Source: Candidatus Oleincola secundus
GTDB lineage: Bacteria; Atribacterota; Phoenicimicrobiia; Phoenicimicrobiales; Stramentimicrobiaceae
DNA: 30,495 nt
Assembly: GCA_018400815.1 (NCBI GenBank)
Contig: JAGYLS010000014.1
Span: 1-30,495 of the forward strand
Direction of reading: 5' to 3'
Under the pieces are notes generated by a model. The model did no database searches, had not been told where the DNA came from, and saw nothing but the letters and a program-made list of their open reading frames with translations. Positions 1-9,480 of this stretch are shown one piece after another (within the stretch, counting starts at the first letter, position 1; every line of letters starts with the position of its first letter). The position numbers and the translations under genes were made by a program.

Positions 1-288
1 TTTTTAACAGAAAAAGTTTTACATGCTAATATTGAACTTAGGAAAATAGGTTATAAGCCATATATAGCTCCGGCATTATCTTCAGGCACACTTTCTTTAT
101 TGGCCTTAATTAATGGTAAATGGCATTATAGTGCTGGTTTTTTAGGAGGGATCTTTTGGGGTTCCAGAAACCGCCAAACACCTCTTGGAATAGAATGGGA
201 ACAATACAAGTTTCCCCAAAATTTATTTCAAAAACTGGAAAAAAGTTATCAAATACTAAAAAAACAGGCAAAAAAATTGGAGAGATAA
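1..288 (+). CDS. 3' part of a lactate/malate dehydrogenase-like protein (truncated at window start)
   Basis: Frame 1 is open from base 1 (FLTEKVLHANIELRKIGYKPYIAPALSSGTLSLLALINGKWHYS...) to TAA 286-288. It resembles the C-terminus of clostridial LDH-like proteins found upstream of flavodoxin-family genes (recalled similarity, not searched). It abuts the next ATG. Confidence 0.6.
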   Translation, partial: FLTEKVLHANIELRKIGYKPYIAPALSSGTLSLLALINGKWHYSAGFLGGIFWGSRNRQTPLGIEWEQYKFPQNLFQKLEKSYQILKKQAKKLER

Positions 289-1350
289 ATGAAATCAGGT
301 TTAATTGTTCTATTGCCTGGGAAGGTATCCTCAAAATTTGAGGAGTTTATACGAGAAATAGTCAAGGGTTACCCAAGTCAAATCGTTACCAGCATAAAGG
401 ATATTACTTCTTTACAAAATAAGAAAATATTATGGGCAGTTGAACTAAATGAATATGGTTTCAATCTTGCAATGGAAGAAATGTTGCAAACAATTTGTCA
501 AAGGGGCAGAAAATCACTAAAAAATACACAAGGGGCAATAATTATTCAAAGCCCAGTTGAATTATGGACTAAATGTTCTGCATATCGCATTATTTTTCAG
601 ACCAACCAGTTGGGATGCCGCTATATGGGTCATTCTGTGGTAGAGGCAACCAGGGATCTGGTAAATTTTATGACCTGGCAAAAACAGTTAAATATACCTT
701 TAACTGAAATCTATCAAAAAAATAGTCGTAATTTGGTTTCTCGACTGGTAAAAAGCAATAAAATAATTATTAAAAAGCCATATATATTGGTACTATATTC
801 TAATCCCAGAAAGACTTCTAATACAATGATGCTCTGGCAGATGGTCAAAGAATATATTCCTTCTAATCGAGAATATTTAATACAAAAACATGTAGAAAAT
901 GGAACTATTGTAGATTGTAGGGGCTGTCTGTACAAGACTTGTAAGCATTATAGTGAGAGGAAAAGCTGTTTTTATGGAGGTATTGTTGTCCAGGAAATCT
1001 TACCTGCTATTGAAAAGGCAGATTATTTGATATGGCTTTGTCCAAATTATAATGATGCAGTCTCTGCCAAATTAATGGCAGTCATTAACCGATTAACTGT
1101 ACTTTATAAACGAGTGAATTTTTATAAGAAAGCATTTTTTTCAATTATTGTATCCGGAAATTCAGGAAGTGAAAATGTTGCCATGCAGCTAATTGGAGCC
1201 TTAAATGTGAATAAAGGTTTTCAGCTTCCCCCATATTTTAGTTTGATGGCAATTGCTAATGATCCGGGAACAGTTAAGAAGATTCCTGATATTCAAGAGA
1301 AAGCTCGAAGCTTTGCCCAGAATATTTGTGAAGAGACAGGGATTAAATAA
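289..1350 (+). CDS. Flavodoxin-fold / NAD(P)H-dependent FMN reductase family protein (iron-sulfur flavoprotein-like, apparently two flavodoxin-like domains)
   Basis: 353 aa. The C-terminal half has YSNPRKTSNT (FMN-binding loop), a Cys cluster CRGCLYKTCKHYSERKSC, ADYLIWLCPNYN and IVSGNSG, typical of Isf/FMN_red proteins. Confidence 0.75.
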   Translation: MKSGLIVLLPGKVSSKFEEFIREIVKGYPSQIVTSIKDITSLQNKKILWAVELNEYGFNLAMEEMLQTICQRGRKSLKNTQGAIIIQSPVELWTKCSAYRIIFQTNQLGCRYMGHSVVEATRDLVNFMTWQKQLNIPLTEIYQKNSRNLVSRLVKSNKIIIKKPYILVLYSNPRKTSNTMMLWQMVKEYIPSNREYLIQKHVENGTIVDCRGCLYKTCKHYSERKSCFYGGIVVQEILPAIEKADYLIWLCPNYNDAVSAKLMAVINRLTVLYKRVNFYKKAFFSIIVSGNSGSENVAMQLIGALNVNKGFQLPPYFSLMAIANDPGTVKKIPDIQEKARSFAQNICEETGIK

Positions 1351-1420
1351 AATGGTTTTATCATAAAGATATATAGATAACCTACCTGAAATATGTTACT
1401 CGAGGTCCTAAAAAGAGGAT
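1343..1420 (+). repeat. Partial/degenerate copy G of the dispersed repeat family
   Basis: ttaaataaaatggttttatcataaagat...ctacctgaaatatgttactcgaggtcctaaaaagagga aligns by eye with 21130-21204 and 20139-20190. It overlaps the stop codon of the upstream gene and lacks both terminal hairpins. Confidence 0.65.
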
Positions 1421-1508
1421 AAGTTTGATTTTGTAATAGCTTCTTATGTAGCTTGAAGATTTAAGAACCTGAAATTATTGAGATATATTTTTTCTTGAGG
1501 AGGGAAAA

Positions 1509-1961
1509 TTGGATATAAATAAGCAAGAGGATGTTGAAAGATTTTGGAAAGAAAAAGAACAGGAGATTGGTGAAAAAGTTAAGGGAAAGGATATGAGTGA
1601 GTATATTAGTGGACACCAGGAGTTAAAGGAAAAAAGTTGGGGGCTTCTTTACTATACCGAAAGTGCGTTCTATTTTCAAACATTTCCCAGAAGAAATTGG
1701 TTAACCTCTTTGATAGGAGGGGGGAAGACAGAAAAGACCGGAGATACAATAATTTTTCGTATATTGTGGGGAAAGGTTAGAGAAATAGTTCTTCCGGCAA
1801 AAAAAAATACATTTTTTGCATTTCTTTCTCCTCCTGATCATCGTATTTTTATTAAATATCAGATCGATAGTCAGGAAGATACATTGGTATTTGTGATGTA
1901 CTCACGGGATAGCAGAGACAGATTTTTAGATTGTTATCACCAATCTAAAAAAAGAAGTTAG
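1509..1961 (+). CDS. Hypothetical protein
   Basis: 150 aa ORF, TTG start preceded by SD GAGGAGG. No motif recognised. Confidence 0.7.
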   Translation: MDINKQEDVERFWKEKEQEIGEKVKGKDMSEYISGHQELKEKSWGLLYYTESAFYFQTFPRRNWLTSLIGGGKTEKTGDTIIFRILWGKVREIVLPAKKNTFFAFLSPPDHRIFIKYQIDSQEDTLVFVMYSRDSRDRFLDCYHQSKKRS

Positions 1962-2076
1962 TTATATTTGTTATCTTGTTTTTATTTTTCAAGAAATATA
2001 CTCTGATTAATTTAGATAACATTATAGGGCAGTTATTATTTTATCAAAAAAACAGGAGAGTGAATAATTAGCATTT

Positions 2077-2718
2077 ATGGATATTATCAGTCACCATCAG
2101 ACGATAAATTGTTCTATACAAATTAAAAATACAATAAATAAAAGCCGTTTTATTGCATCTGTGCAAGAAGTAAAGGATGAATATGAAGCCAGGATATTTC
2201 TAAAATCAATTTCACAACAGTTTCCTGATGCCAGCCATCATTGTTGGGCATATCAATTTGGAGTTGGTGACCAAGCGATATCTCAATATTCGGATGGCGG
2301 TGAGCCTGCTAACTCAGCAGGACCTCCTATATTGCAGGCCATCAAACGAGAAAAAATAACCAATGTAATGGTAGTTATCAGCCGTTATTTCGGAGGCATA
2401 AAATTAGGAATTAGCGGGCTTATTCGAGCTTATCGGGATACTGCTTTAAAAGCCTTACAGGCAGCAGGGAAGATAAAAAAATTCCCACTACGGAAATATA
2501 TTATTGAAGATGTAGAATATCAGACATTAGGAAGCATCCTTCAATCAATAGAGAGTCAGGCTGGTCGCATTGATGATATACAGTATGGAGAAAAAATAAA
2601 AATTGGAGTATATCTTCCAGAGAAACTTCAGGAATGGATTACTCAAGTAGTTAAGAATATTACTAAAGGAAAAGCCCGTATTCGATTTGGCGGAATACGT
2701 TGGTATCGTGTACAATAA
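2077..2718 (+). CDS. yigZ: YigZ/IMPACT family protein
   Basis: KSRFIA, DASHHCWAY, SDGGEPANSAGPPIL and VVISRYFGGIKLGISGLIRAY motifs of UPF0029. Confidence 0.92.
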   Translation: MDIISHHQTINCSIQIKNTINKSRFIASVQEVKDEYEARIFLKSISQQFPDASHHCWAYQFGVGDQAISQYSDGGEPANSAGPPILQAIKREKITNVMVVISRYFGGIKLGISGLIRAYRDTALKALQAAGKIKKFPLRKYIIEDVEYQTLGSILQSIESQAGRIDDIQYGEKIKIGVYLPEKLQEWITQVVKNITKGKARIRFGGIRWYRVQ

Positions 2719-2841
2719 TAATAAATAGGAATATGGATTATACAAACAAATGTGAAATAAAAAACACAAATGAATACATAAAAATTGAAAGCCGTTGAGA
2801 ATCATTTTCGATATTTTCTAATATTATGGAAGGGAAACTTA

Positions 2842-3342
2842 ATGAAAACACTTATTGTTTATTATTCTCGTTCTGGTAGAACAAGGAAGATAGCAAAACA
2901 GATGGGAGTTAGGCTTAATGCAGATTTGGGTGAAATTCAAGACAATAAAAATAGAACAGGTATATTTGGATTTATAGCTAGTGGCAACGAAGCTTATCTA
3001 AGAAGAGTTGCTCCTATTAATAGATTAAATAGAGATCCTGCTCAGTATGATACTGTAATTATAGGAACACCTATTTGGGCTAATAATATGTCAACTCCTA
3101 TCCGAAGTTTTTTTAAAGAATATCAGGAAAAATTAAAAAATGTTGCCTTTTTCTGTACCAGTATAGGCTCTAACCCAAAACCTGTTTTCTTAGCTATGGA
3201 AAAGATGGCAACACGAAAACCAATAACCGTTATGAATATTACAGCTCGTGATATTAGAAGACAGTTTTACATTGAGATGGTCGATGAATTTGTTAAAAAA
3301 ATCAAACAATCGGAAACAGACTCAAGGAGACATGATAAATAA
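2842..3342 (+). CDS. Flavodoxin family protein
   Basis: MKTLIVYYSRSGRTRKIA, YDTVIIGTPIW and VAFFCT motifs. ATG 2842 follows SD GGAAGG and is preferred over the track start at 2785. Confidence 0.88.
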   Translation: MKTLIVYYSRSGRTRKIAKQMGVRLNADLGEIQDNKNRTGIFGFIASGNEAYLRRVAPINRLNRDPAQYDTVIIGTPIWANNMSTPIRSFFKEYQEKLKNVAFFCTSIGSNPKPVFLAMEKMATRKPITVMNITARDIRRQFYIEMVDEFVKKIKQSETDSRRHDK

Positions 3343-3721
3343 AAAGCAATTTGAAGAATTGGTAGTTCAGGCTATTAGCGAATTGCCTGAATATTTCAGA
3401 AAAAAAATGGAAAATGTCACCATTCATATCGAAGAATTTCCCAGCGAAGGGGTATTGAAAGATCTTGGCCATAAATCACCCTATTCACTATTAGGACTCT
3501 ACCAGGGAGTACCCGTAACTCGTCGTGGAATACATTATCGCAATGTAATGCCTGACCGGATTACCATTTTCCGAAAACCAATTTTAAATAAAAACAAGAA
3601 TCCACAAGCAATCAAAGATGACATAAAAAGAGTTGTGCTACATGAAGTAGGCCATTACTTTGGTCTTAGTGAGCATGAATTGTATGTTATTGAAAGGGAA
3701 CATTTTAACAGGACAAGATAA
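3332..3721 (+). CDS. Zincin-like metallopeptidase (DUF1025/Zincin_1)
   Basis: LLGLYQGVP, PDRITIFRKPI and HEVGHYFG (HExxH). ATG 3332 follows AGGAG and overlaps the end of the flavodoxin gene. Confidence 0.88.
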   Translation: MINKKQFEELVVQAISELPEYFRKKMENVTIHIEEFPSEGVLKDLGHKSPYSLLGLYQGVPVTRRGIHYRNVMPDRITIFRKPILNKNKNPQAIKDDIKRVVLHEVGHYFGLSEHELYVIEREHFNRTR

Positions 3722-3750
3722 AAATGTTAAGGAGATAGACTTTATAATAA

Positions 3751-4326
3751 TTACTTTTTAAATAATCTACTGCCCGGCTTTACTAACTTAATGCCTTGTT
3801 TGCACATAGGACAGTCTTTTTCATTGTAAATCTTAATATTTAATTTGATACCACTGACGACAGGTAGCCCGATATCCATATTCATTGGTCTTCTATCTAC
3901 TATGCAGGCAACCCCAAGAACATTAGCTCCCATTTCTTCCATTAGATTTCTTACTTCTAAGGTAGATTTGCCGGTAGTAATAACGTCTTCACTAATTAAA
4001 ATATTGGTGCCCTTTTTTATGGAAAACCCTCGTCTTAATGTAACTTGACCGTTTATTCTTTCAGTAAAAATTGATTCAAGATTAAGCTGTTTGCCCATTT
4101 CATAAGAAGTAATAATTCCACCCATTGCCGGGCCAACTATTATATTCATGCCCATATCTCTGACTTTGTCACATAGTATTTTTATTATCTGTTCAGCATG
4201 CCAGGGAAATCTTAGTGCTTTGGCGCATTGTATATATCGATTAGAGTGTTGTCCGGAAGAGAGAAGAAAGTGTCCTTCTATTAGTGCTCCTGTTTCTTCT
4301 AATATCTTTAAAATTGTTGTATTCAT
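3751..4326 (-). CDS. pyrE: Orotate phosphoribosyltransferase
   Basis: GHFLLSSGQHSNRYIQCA, PRPP-binding ISEDVITTGKS, C-terminal CPMC...KPGSR. Last gene of the pyr operon. Confidence 0.96.
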   Translation of the reverse strand: MNTTILKILEETGALIEGHFLLSSGQHSNRYIQCAKALRFPWHAEQIIKILCDKVRDMGMNIIVGPAMGGIITSYEMGKQLNLESIFTERINGQVTLRRGFSIKKGTNILISEDVITTGKSTLEVRNLMEEMGANVLGVACIVDRRPMNMDIGLPVVSGIKLNIKIYNEKDCPMCKQGIKLVKPGSRLFKK

Positions 4327-4339
4327 AGATATTCTCCTT

Positions 4340-5248
4340 TTAATCTACAATGCCGATTATCTCTGAAATATTTGAGATATCATTGCTTATTAGGTAATTT
4401 TCTAAATCTTTAATGATGATTTCTCCCACTTTTGGATTAATAAAGTTTGCTGTTCCGATTTGTACTGCCTGGGCACCAGCCATTAAAAATTCCAAAACGT
4501 CCTGATAATTAACTATGCCTCCGATGCCCATTATTGGTATTTTAACCTGTTTGGCTACTTCGTGAACCATTCTCAGGGCAATTGGCTTAATACATGGTCC
4601 TGATAAGCCTGCAAAGGTATTTTCAAAAATTTTCTTTTTTTCATTTATATTAATAGCAAAGGCTTTAAAAGTGTTGATTAGTGATATGGCGTCTGCTCCT
4701 TCTTCTTCACAAATTCTGGCTATTCTGATAATATCATCAGCGTCAGGGCTTAGTTTTACCATAAGAGGAACTTTAACTACTTTTCTGACCTCTTTAACTA
4801 CTTCTCTGGTAGTTGTCTCTTTGATGCCGAAAGGAATGTTATTTTCTTTTACATTTGGGCAGGAAATATTAAGTTCAATCATATCTACTTTTTTCCTGGA
4901 GATTTTGTGACAGGCTTTTACATAATCTTCCAGGTTTGTTCCGCTAATATTTATAATATGAGCCAGGTTTAGTGATTGCATAAAGGGAAGTTCATTTTCT
5001 ATAAAGGCTTGGATGCCTGGATTTTCCAGTCCTACACTATTCATCATACCTGAAGAGGTTTCCCATACCCTAATACCCTGATTCCCTCTTCTGGGATTTA
5101 GAGTCAAACCTTTGCTGACAATCCCGCCCAATTTTTCAATATCATATATTTCAGCATATTCCCGGCCAAAGCCAAAAGTTCCCGATGCCATTATAATTGG
5201 ATTTTTAAAATTAATTTCTAAAAAATTTATATCCAACAAACCACTCAT
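4340..5248 (-). CDS. pyrD: Dihydroorotate dehydrogenase (class 1B) catalytic subunit
   Basis: KNPIIMASGTFG, NSVGLENPG, ELNISCPNV, KLSP, LINT and GLSGPCIKP motifs. Confidence 0.96.
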   Translation of the reverse strand: MSGLLDINFLEINFKNPIIMASGTFGFGREYAEIYDIEKLGGIVSKGLTLNPRRGNQGIRVWETSSGMMNSVGLENPGIQAFIENELPFMQSLNLAHIINISGTNLEDYVKACHKISRKKVDMIELNISCPNVKENNIPFGIKETTTREVVKEVRKVVKVPLMVKLSPDADDIIRIARICEEEGADAISLINTFKAFAININEKKKIFENTFAGLSGPCIKPIALRMVHEVAKQVKIPIMGIGGIVNYQDVLEFLMAGAQAVQIGTANFINPKVGEIIIKDLENYLISNDISNISEIIGIVD

Positions 5249-5949
5249 TAAAAAATGTCCTTTCCTTTAAAGACAGGTCCGTCTTTACAAACCCGCTTAT
5301 TACCATTTTTTGTTTGACATGTGCAAACAAGGCAGGCCCCGACCCCGCAAGCCATCCTCTTTTCCAAAGACACATAATGGTCTATATTGAGTTTTCTTGC
5401 CTGTTTTTCGATTTTTTTCATCATTAACTCCGGTCCGCAACTGAAAATAGTGTTGTATTTTTCATATGGAATATAATCAGTGATAAAACCACCGTAATTC
5501 ACCTGCAAGAGATCTGCATAATTATTAAAAGAAGCTTCAAATTCATTTTTTTCTTGCAACCCGAGAAAAACATGAATTGTGTTATTTTTGCAGTATTTTT
5601 TTAATTGTTTTGAAGCATAGAACAGGGGAGCAATTCCAGTTCCTCCACCAACCAGGGCAAAGTCTCCCTTTACTTCCATCGGGAAGCCGTTACCATAAGG
5701 ACCATGAATACTGATTTCATCACCTTTTTTGCAATCAGCTAAAACAGTAGTTCCTTTACCGATTTTCTTATATAAGAAAATAATCCCATCATTTTCCAAA
5801 TCATAAATGCTCATCGGGCGATTTAAAAACATGAATTGACTATCTTTCTTAATCATAAAGAATTGTCCCATTTTGGCTTCATATTTTCCAGAAATTTTTA
5901 ACAGATAAAATTTACTTTTTAAGGGCTTATTGTATTCTATTAGAGCCAT
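5248..5949 (-). CDS. pyrK: Dihydroorotate dehydrogenase electron transfer subunit
   Basis: RPMSI, GPYGNGF, GGGTGIAP, and the 2Fe-2S motif MACGVGACLVC...RVCKDGPVF. Confidence 0.95.
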   Translation of the reverse strand: MALIEYNKPLKSKFYLLKISGKYEAKMGQFFMIKKDSQFMFLNRPMSIYDLENDGIIFLYKKIGKGTTVLADCKKGDEISIHGPYGNGFPMEVKGDFALVGGGTGIAPLFYASKQLKKYCKNNTIHVFLGLQEKNEFEASFNNYADLLQVNYGGFITDYIPYEKYNTIFSCGPELMMKKIEKQARKLNIDHYVSLEKRMACGVGACLVCTCQTKNGNKRVCKDGPVFKGKDIF

Positions 5950-6797
5950 TGAAGTATATCCTTTTTCATTTCCATTACTTTTTGCCGGGTAATTTTAACA
6001 AAATTTTTTGTCTCATCTATTCCTTGGTGAGCTGCTATAATTCCTCGGGAAGAATTAATAACTGCATTAATGTTTTTATCAAAAATTTTTGCCAGGTCTT
6101 TGCCGCTGCCACCCTGTTTCCCATAGCCGGGAATAAGAAAGAAAGTGTGTTGCGCATGCTTTTTAATCATAAGAAATTCATCAGGATAGGTCAAGCCTAC
6201 TACCGAACCTATAGCATTGTATCCAGAATTTCCTCTATATTTTTTTCCCCATTCTTCAATTTTTTGGGTAATATGTATAAATAGTGGTTTGCCATTTGCT
6301 TTCAGCTCTTGAAAATCTTTAGAGCTGGGATTAGATGTTTTTGCCAATATAAAAAGTCCTTTTTCTCCGCTATCTAAGTATCTAAAATAGGGTTTTATGG
6401 CATCTATGCCCATGAATGGATTAATAGTTAAAAAATCGGCTTCAAAATCTCCGGTAAAATGAGCTTTAGCATATTGTTCGGCCGTGGACGATATGTCTCC
6501 TCTTTTTATATCAGCGATGACAATACCTTCTTTTTGTTTGATATAAGAGAGAGTTTTTTGATAAGCAATCAGTCCTTTGACGCCGTGAGCTTCATAGAAG
6601 GCTATCTGAACTTTGTAACATGCGGTGATATCAAAGGTATTATCAATTACAGTCTTATTAAAAAGAAAAATTTTATCAGTAATATTTAAATCATTATTAT
6701 TTTTTATGTAACCAGGGATAAAATCTAACTTTGTGTCAAGTCCAATACATATAGGGCCTCTTTTATTGGCTAATTCATATAGTTTATCTATTATCAT
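5940..6797 (-). CDS. pyrF: Orotidine-5'-phosphate decarboxylase (subfamily 2)
   Basis: CIGLD, YKVQIAFYEAHG, DIKRGDISST, KTSNPSS, LIPGYGKQGG and NSSRGII. Likely start MIIDKL at 6797 after GGAG (the track starts at 6812). Confidence 0.95.
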   Translation of the reverse strand: MIIDKLYELANKRGPICIGLDTKLDFIPGYIKNNNDLNITDKIFLFNKTVIDNTFDITACYKVQIAFYEAHGVKGLIAYQKTLSYIKQKEGIVIADIKRGDISSTAEQYAKAHFTGDFEADFLTINPFMGIDAIKPYFRYLDSGEKGLFILAKTSNPSSKDFQELKANGKPLFIHITQKIEEWGKKYRGNSGYNAIGSVVGLTYPDEFLMIKKHAQHTFFLIPGYGKQGGSGKDLAKIFDKNINAVINSSRGIIAAHQGIDETKNFVKITRQKVMEMKKDILQWL

Positions 6798-7944
6798 ATT
6801 TAATTTCTCCATTTTTAATAGTCATCAGCACTTCCCCGTAAACACTCTGACCTATAAAAGGTGTATTTTCTGATTTGGAATTCATTTTTTTTTCACCGAT
6901 AATATATTTTTTTGCCAGGTCTACCAGAATAAAATCAGCATTTGTTTTTTGATTAAATTTTGTTGCTCTTTTTTTTAACATCTTAGACGGTGTATCAGAC
7001 ATTAATTTACTTAATAATTGAATATTTATATTAGCCTCCTTAAATAGCGTATAGACAAGAGAAAAGGCATGTTCCAATCCAATCAAACCCCGAGCTCCTT
7101 TTAACTTATCTTTTTTACTATGGGGAGCATGATCAGTTGCAATAATATCTATAGTGCCATCAAGAACTCCCTTCAGCAATTCTTCAGTATCTTTCTTTTC
7201 TCGAAAGGGAGGATGTACTATGTAATTCAGTCCATAGCTAAATAAATGGTGTGGAGTTACCTCACAAGTAACATTTAAATTATCTTTTTTGGCAGCCCGG
7301 ATTAATTCAACGCTTTCTCTTTTGCTTACATGGCAGATGTGCAAGTTACCTCCATATTTTTTCAATAATTCCAAATCTCGCTCAATCATTTCTACTTCCG
7401 GTTCACAATGGGTCAGTAATTTAAAATGATATTTTGAAGATGCCTGTAGAGCCCTGATCATTGTTTGTTTATTAATAATCGGTTTACCATCATCAGAGAA
7501 AAGCCGGGTATATTTAATCATTGAGTCAAAATCAACCAATTGGTTTGTTTCCAGATTTCTGGTAACAGCAGAGACAGGAATTACTTCACACATATTTAAT
7601 GATTTAGCTTTATCTAAAATATATTTAATCGTATCTGGATTGTCACAGGCAGGCATTGTATTAGCCATACAGCAAATAGTAGTAAATCCACCGGATAATG
7701 CTGTCTGTTGTCCTGATTTCAAGTCTTCTTTATAAGTATACCCCGGGTCTCTCAAATGACAATGCATATCTATAAAAGAGGGCATTAACACCAGTCCTTC
7801 TCCGTCAATAATCTCTGTAAAATTGTTTTGTCTGTCTAAATTCGTTATTTCACTAAAAGTATTATCGAAGATTAGAACATTTGTATTTCTGTCCGTTTCC
7901 GTATCAACTATTCTAATTTTTTTAAATAGTATTGGCATTGACAT
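6784..7944 (-). CDS. pyrC: Dihydroorotase
   Basis: PSFIDMHCHLRDPG, GGFTTICCMANT, HICHVS, TCEVTPHHL and IATDHAPH. The start is probably ATG 7944 or 7938, just after the pyrI stop; the track start at 8040 overlaps pyrI. Confidence 0.94.
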   Translation of the reverse strand: MSMPILFKKIRIVDTETDRNTNVLIFDNTFSEITNLDRQNNFTEIIDGEGLVLMPSFIDMHCHLRDPGYTYKEDLKSGQQTALSGGFTTICCMANTMPACDNPDTIKYILDKAKSLNMCEVIPVSAVTRNLETNQLVDFDSMIKYTRLFSDDGKPIINKQTMIRALQASSKYHFKLLTHCEPEVEMIERDLELLKKYGGNLHICHVSKRESVELIRAAKKDNLNVTCEVTPHHLFSYGLNYIVHPPFREKKDTEELLKGVLDGTIDIIATDHAPHSKKDKLKGARGLIGLEHAFSLVYTLFKEANINIQLLSKLMSDTPSKMLKKRATKFNQKTNADFILVDLAKKYIIGEKKMNSKSENTPFIGQSVYGEVLMTIKNGEIKYDNR

Positions 7945-7948
7945 TTTC

Positions 7949-8371
7949 CTAGAGTTTAGTTTTTTCGTGACAATATTCGCATTGATATTCTTTTGTAGAT
8001 GGATTAACCAGGGTAAATTCAATATCTCCAACATCTTCAATGGTACTAATGCATCTTGGGTTTTTACATTTTAATATCCCGTATACTTTTTTTGGAAGCT
8101 CCAATTTTATTTTTTCCTTTTTTTGACCGTTTTCAATTATATTAATAGTAACCCCTGAATCAATTAAACCGAGTACAGTTAAATCAAGATAGATGTCATT
8201 TTCAATTTTAATTAAGTCTTTAACCCCCATTTTATTTGAAGGAATATTTTTTAACAATACTACCGTATCTTCCAGTTTATCTAATCCCAATTGGCTAAAT
8301 ATTTTGTAACCGTTTCCGGATTTAATATGGTCGATTACAATACCCTTCTTTAATTTTGAAACATTTATCAT
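7949..8371 (-). CDS. pyrI: Aspartate carbamoyltransferase regulatory subunit
   Basis: GIVIDHI, S-x-KMG-x-KDLIKIE, and Zn ligands CKNPRCI and CEYC. Confidence 0.95.
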   Translation of the reverse strand: MINVSKLKKGIVIDHIKSGNGYKIFSQLGLDKLEDTVVLLKNIPSNKMGVKDLIKIENDIYLDLTVLGLIDSGVTINIIENGQKKEKIKLELPKKVYGILKCKNPRCISTIEDVGDIEFTLVNPSTKEYQCEYCHEKTKL

Positions 8372-9291
8372 TAATTTCCTCCTTTCCCAAGAATCTTGGA
8401 GATTAATGCCATCCTAACATACATACCATATTTTGCTTGCTTAAAATAAACTGCCCGATCGTCCTGATCTACTTCTGTCGCTATTTCATTTACTCTAGGC
8501 AAAGGGTGCATGACAATCATATCATTTTTTGCCATTTTCATTATATTCATATCTAAAATATAAGAGTCTTTTAGCCGGAGATATTCTTCTTCACTAAAGA
8601 ATCGCTCTTTTTGAATTCTAGTCATATATAGGATATCCAATGTATCAATGCAACTTTCTAAAGAAAAAGTTTCTTGATATCTATTATTACTGATTCCTTC
8701 TTTTATGTATTCCGGAATTCGCAATTCTTCCGGAGATATAAATACAAAGTTTATATCCGGATACTTTAGAAGTATTTTTGTTAATGAATGAGTTGTGCGA
8801 CCAAATTTTAAATCTCCACACAATCCAATGGTAAAATTTGAGATAGGTCCCTTTAGTTGGCGAATTGTCAATAAATCAGTTAAAGTTTGAGTAGGGTGTT
8901 GATGTCCACCGTCACCACCGTTTATAATTGGAACACTGGAATTTTTCGAAGCCAGTTTGGGAGCTCCTTCTTTGGGATGTCTCATAATAATTAAATCTGC
9001 ATAGCAGGAGATAGTTTGAATAGTATCAATAAGGCTCTCTCCTTTTGATACGGAGGAAGTCATGGCATCAGCAAAACCTATCACTTGTCCTCCTAATCTC
9101 AGAATGGCAGATTCAAAACTGAATTTTGTTCTGGTAGAAGGTTCATAAAATAGTGTTGCTATTAAATTTCCTTTACATAAACCAGAATAGTTCTTCTCGC
9201 TGTCAATTATTTTTCCGGCAAAAGATAATAAATCGTCAATTTCTTCCAATGAGAAATCATTTACTTCAATTAAACTTTTTCCTTTGATCAT
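8371..9291 (-). CDS. pyrB: Aspartate carbamoyltransferase catalytic subunit
   Basis: [33 protein letters not shown] and HPLPR motifs. Confidence 0.97.
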   Translation of the reverse strand: MIKGKSLIEVNDFSLEEIDDLLSFAGKIIDSEKNYSGLCKGNLIATLFYEPSTRTKFSFESAILRLGGQVIGFADAMTSSVSKGESLIDTIQTISCYADLIIMRHPKEGAPKLASKNSSVPIINGGDGGHQHPTQTLTDLLTIRQLKGPISNFTIGLCGDLKFGRTTHSLTKILLKYPDINFVFISPEELRIPEYIKEGISNNRYQETFSLESCIDTLDILYMTRIQKERFFSEEEYLRLKDSYILDMNIMKMAKNDMIVMHPLPRVNEIATEVDQDDRAVYFKQAKYGMYVRMALISKILGKGGN

Positions 9292-9300
9292 ACGAATAAT

Positions 9301-9336
9301 ACCTCCTTCTTAGTCTCGCTGGGACTAAATTAAAGA
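9301..9336 (-). promoter_or_regulatory. PyrR-binding stem-loop overlapping the pyrB ribosome-binding site
   Basis: The minus strand reads tCTTTAAtttAGTCCCAGCGAGACTaaGAAGgagg, matching the PyrR operator pattern CUUUAA...AGUCCnGnGAGGYU...GAAG. Its 3' arm contains the SD AAGGAGG. Confidence 0.8.
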
Positions 9337-9429
9337 TTATTTAACAGAAAAAAACCTTTTCGTAGACAATACGAAAAGGTTGTATTCTTGTTCCCGTTTA
9401 TTATTTGATTTATTTGGTCGTTTTCTCAT
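9337..9429 (-). CDS. Putative pyr leader peptide (30 aa, MRKRPNKSNNKREQEYNLFVLSTKRFFSVK)
   Basis: ATG lies 9 nt after AGGAAGG (the 3' arm of the upstream PyrR-like site). The frame reads through the terminator and stops at TAA immediately before the second PyrR site. Confidence 0.45.
   Translation of the reverse strand: MRKRPNKSNNKREQEYNLFVLSTKRFFSVK
9348..9381 (-). terminator. Intrinsic terminator (attenuator) in the pyr leader
   Basis: Perfect 12-bp stem aaccttttcgta/tacgaaaaggtt with a 5-nt loop, ending in a U7 run on the minus strand. Confidence 0.85.
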
Positions 9430-9438
9430 TTCTAAGTA

Positions 9439-9468
9439 CCTTCCTAGCATCTCGTACTAGATTAAAGA
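9439..9468 (-). promoter_or_regulatory. Upstream (degenerate) PyrR-like binding stem-loop
   Basis: Minus strand tCTTTAAtCTAGTacgagatGCTAGGAAGg has the same CUUUAA..stem-loop..GAAG architecture, with a variant loop. Confidence 0.65.
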
Positions 9469-9480
9469 TATCTTCTAAAA

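Noticed and set aside
2785..3331. Upstream starts for flavodoxin (2785) and the zincin (3248)
   Set aside because: Downstream ATGs (2842, 3332) have SDs and match the family N-termini.
7945..8040. N-terminal extension of PyrC from the ORF track
   Set aside because: It overlaps the pyrI coding sequence. Homology starts at MSMPILFK, after the pyrI stop.
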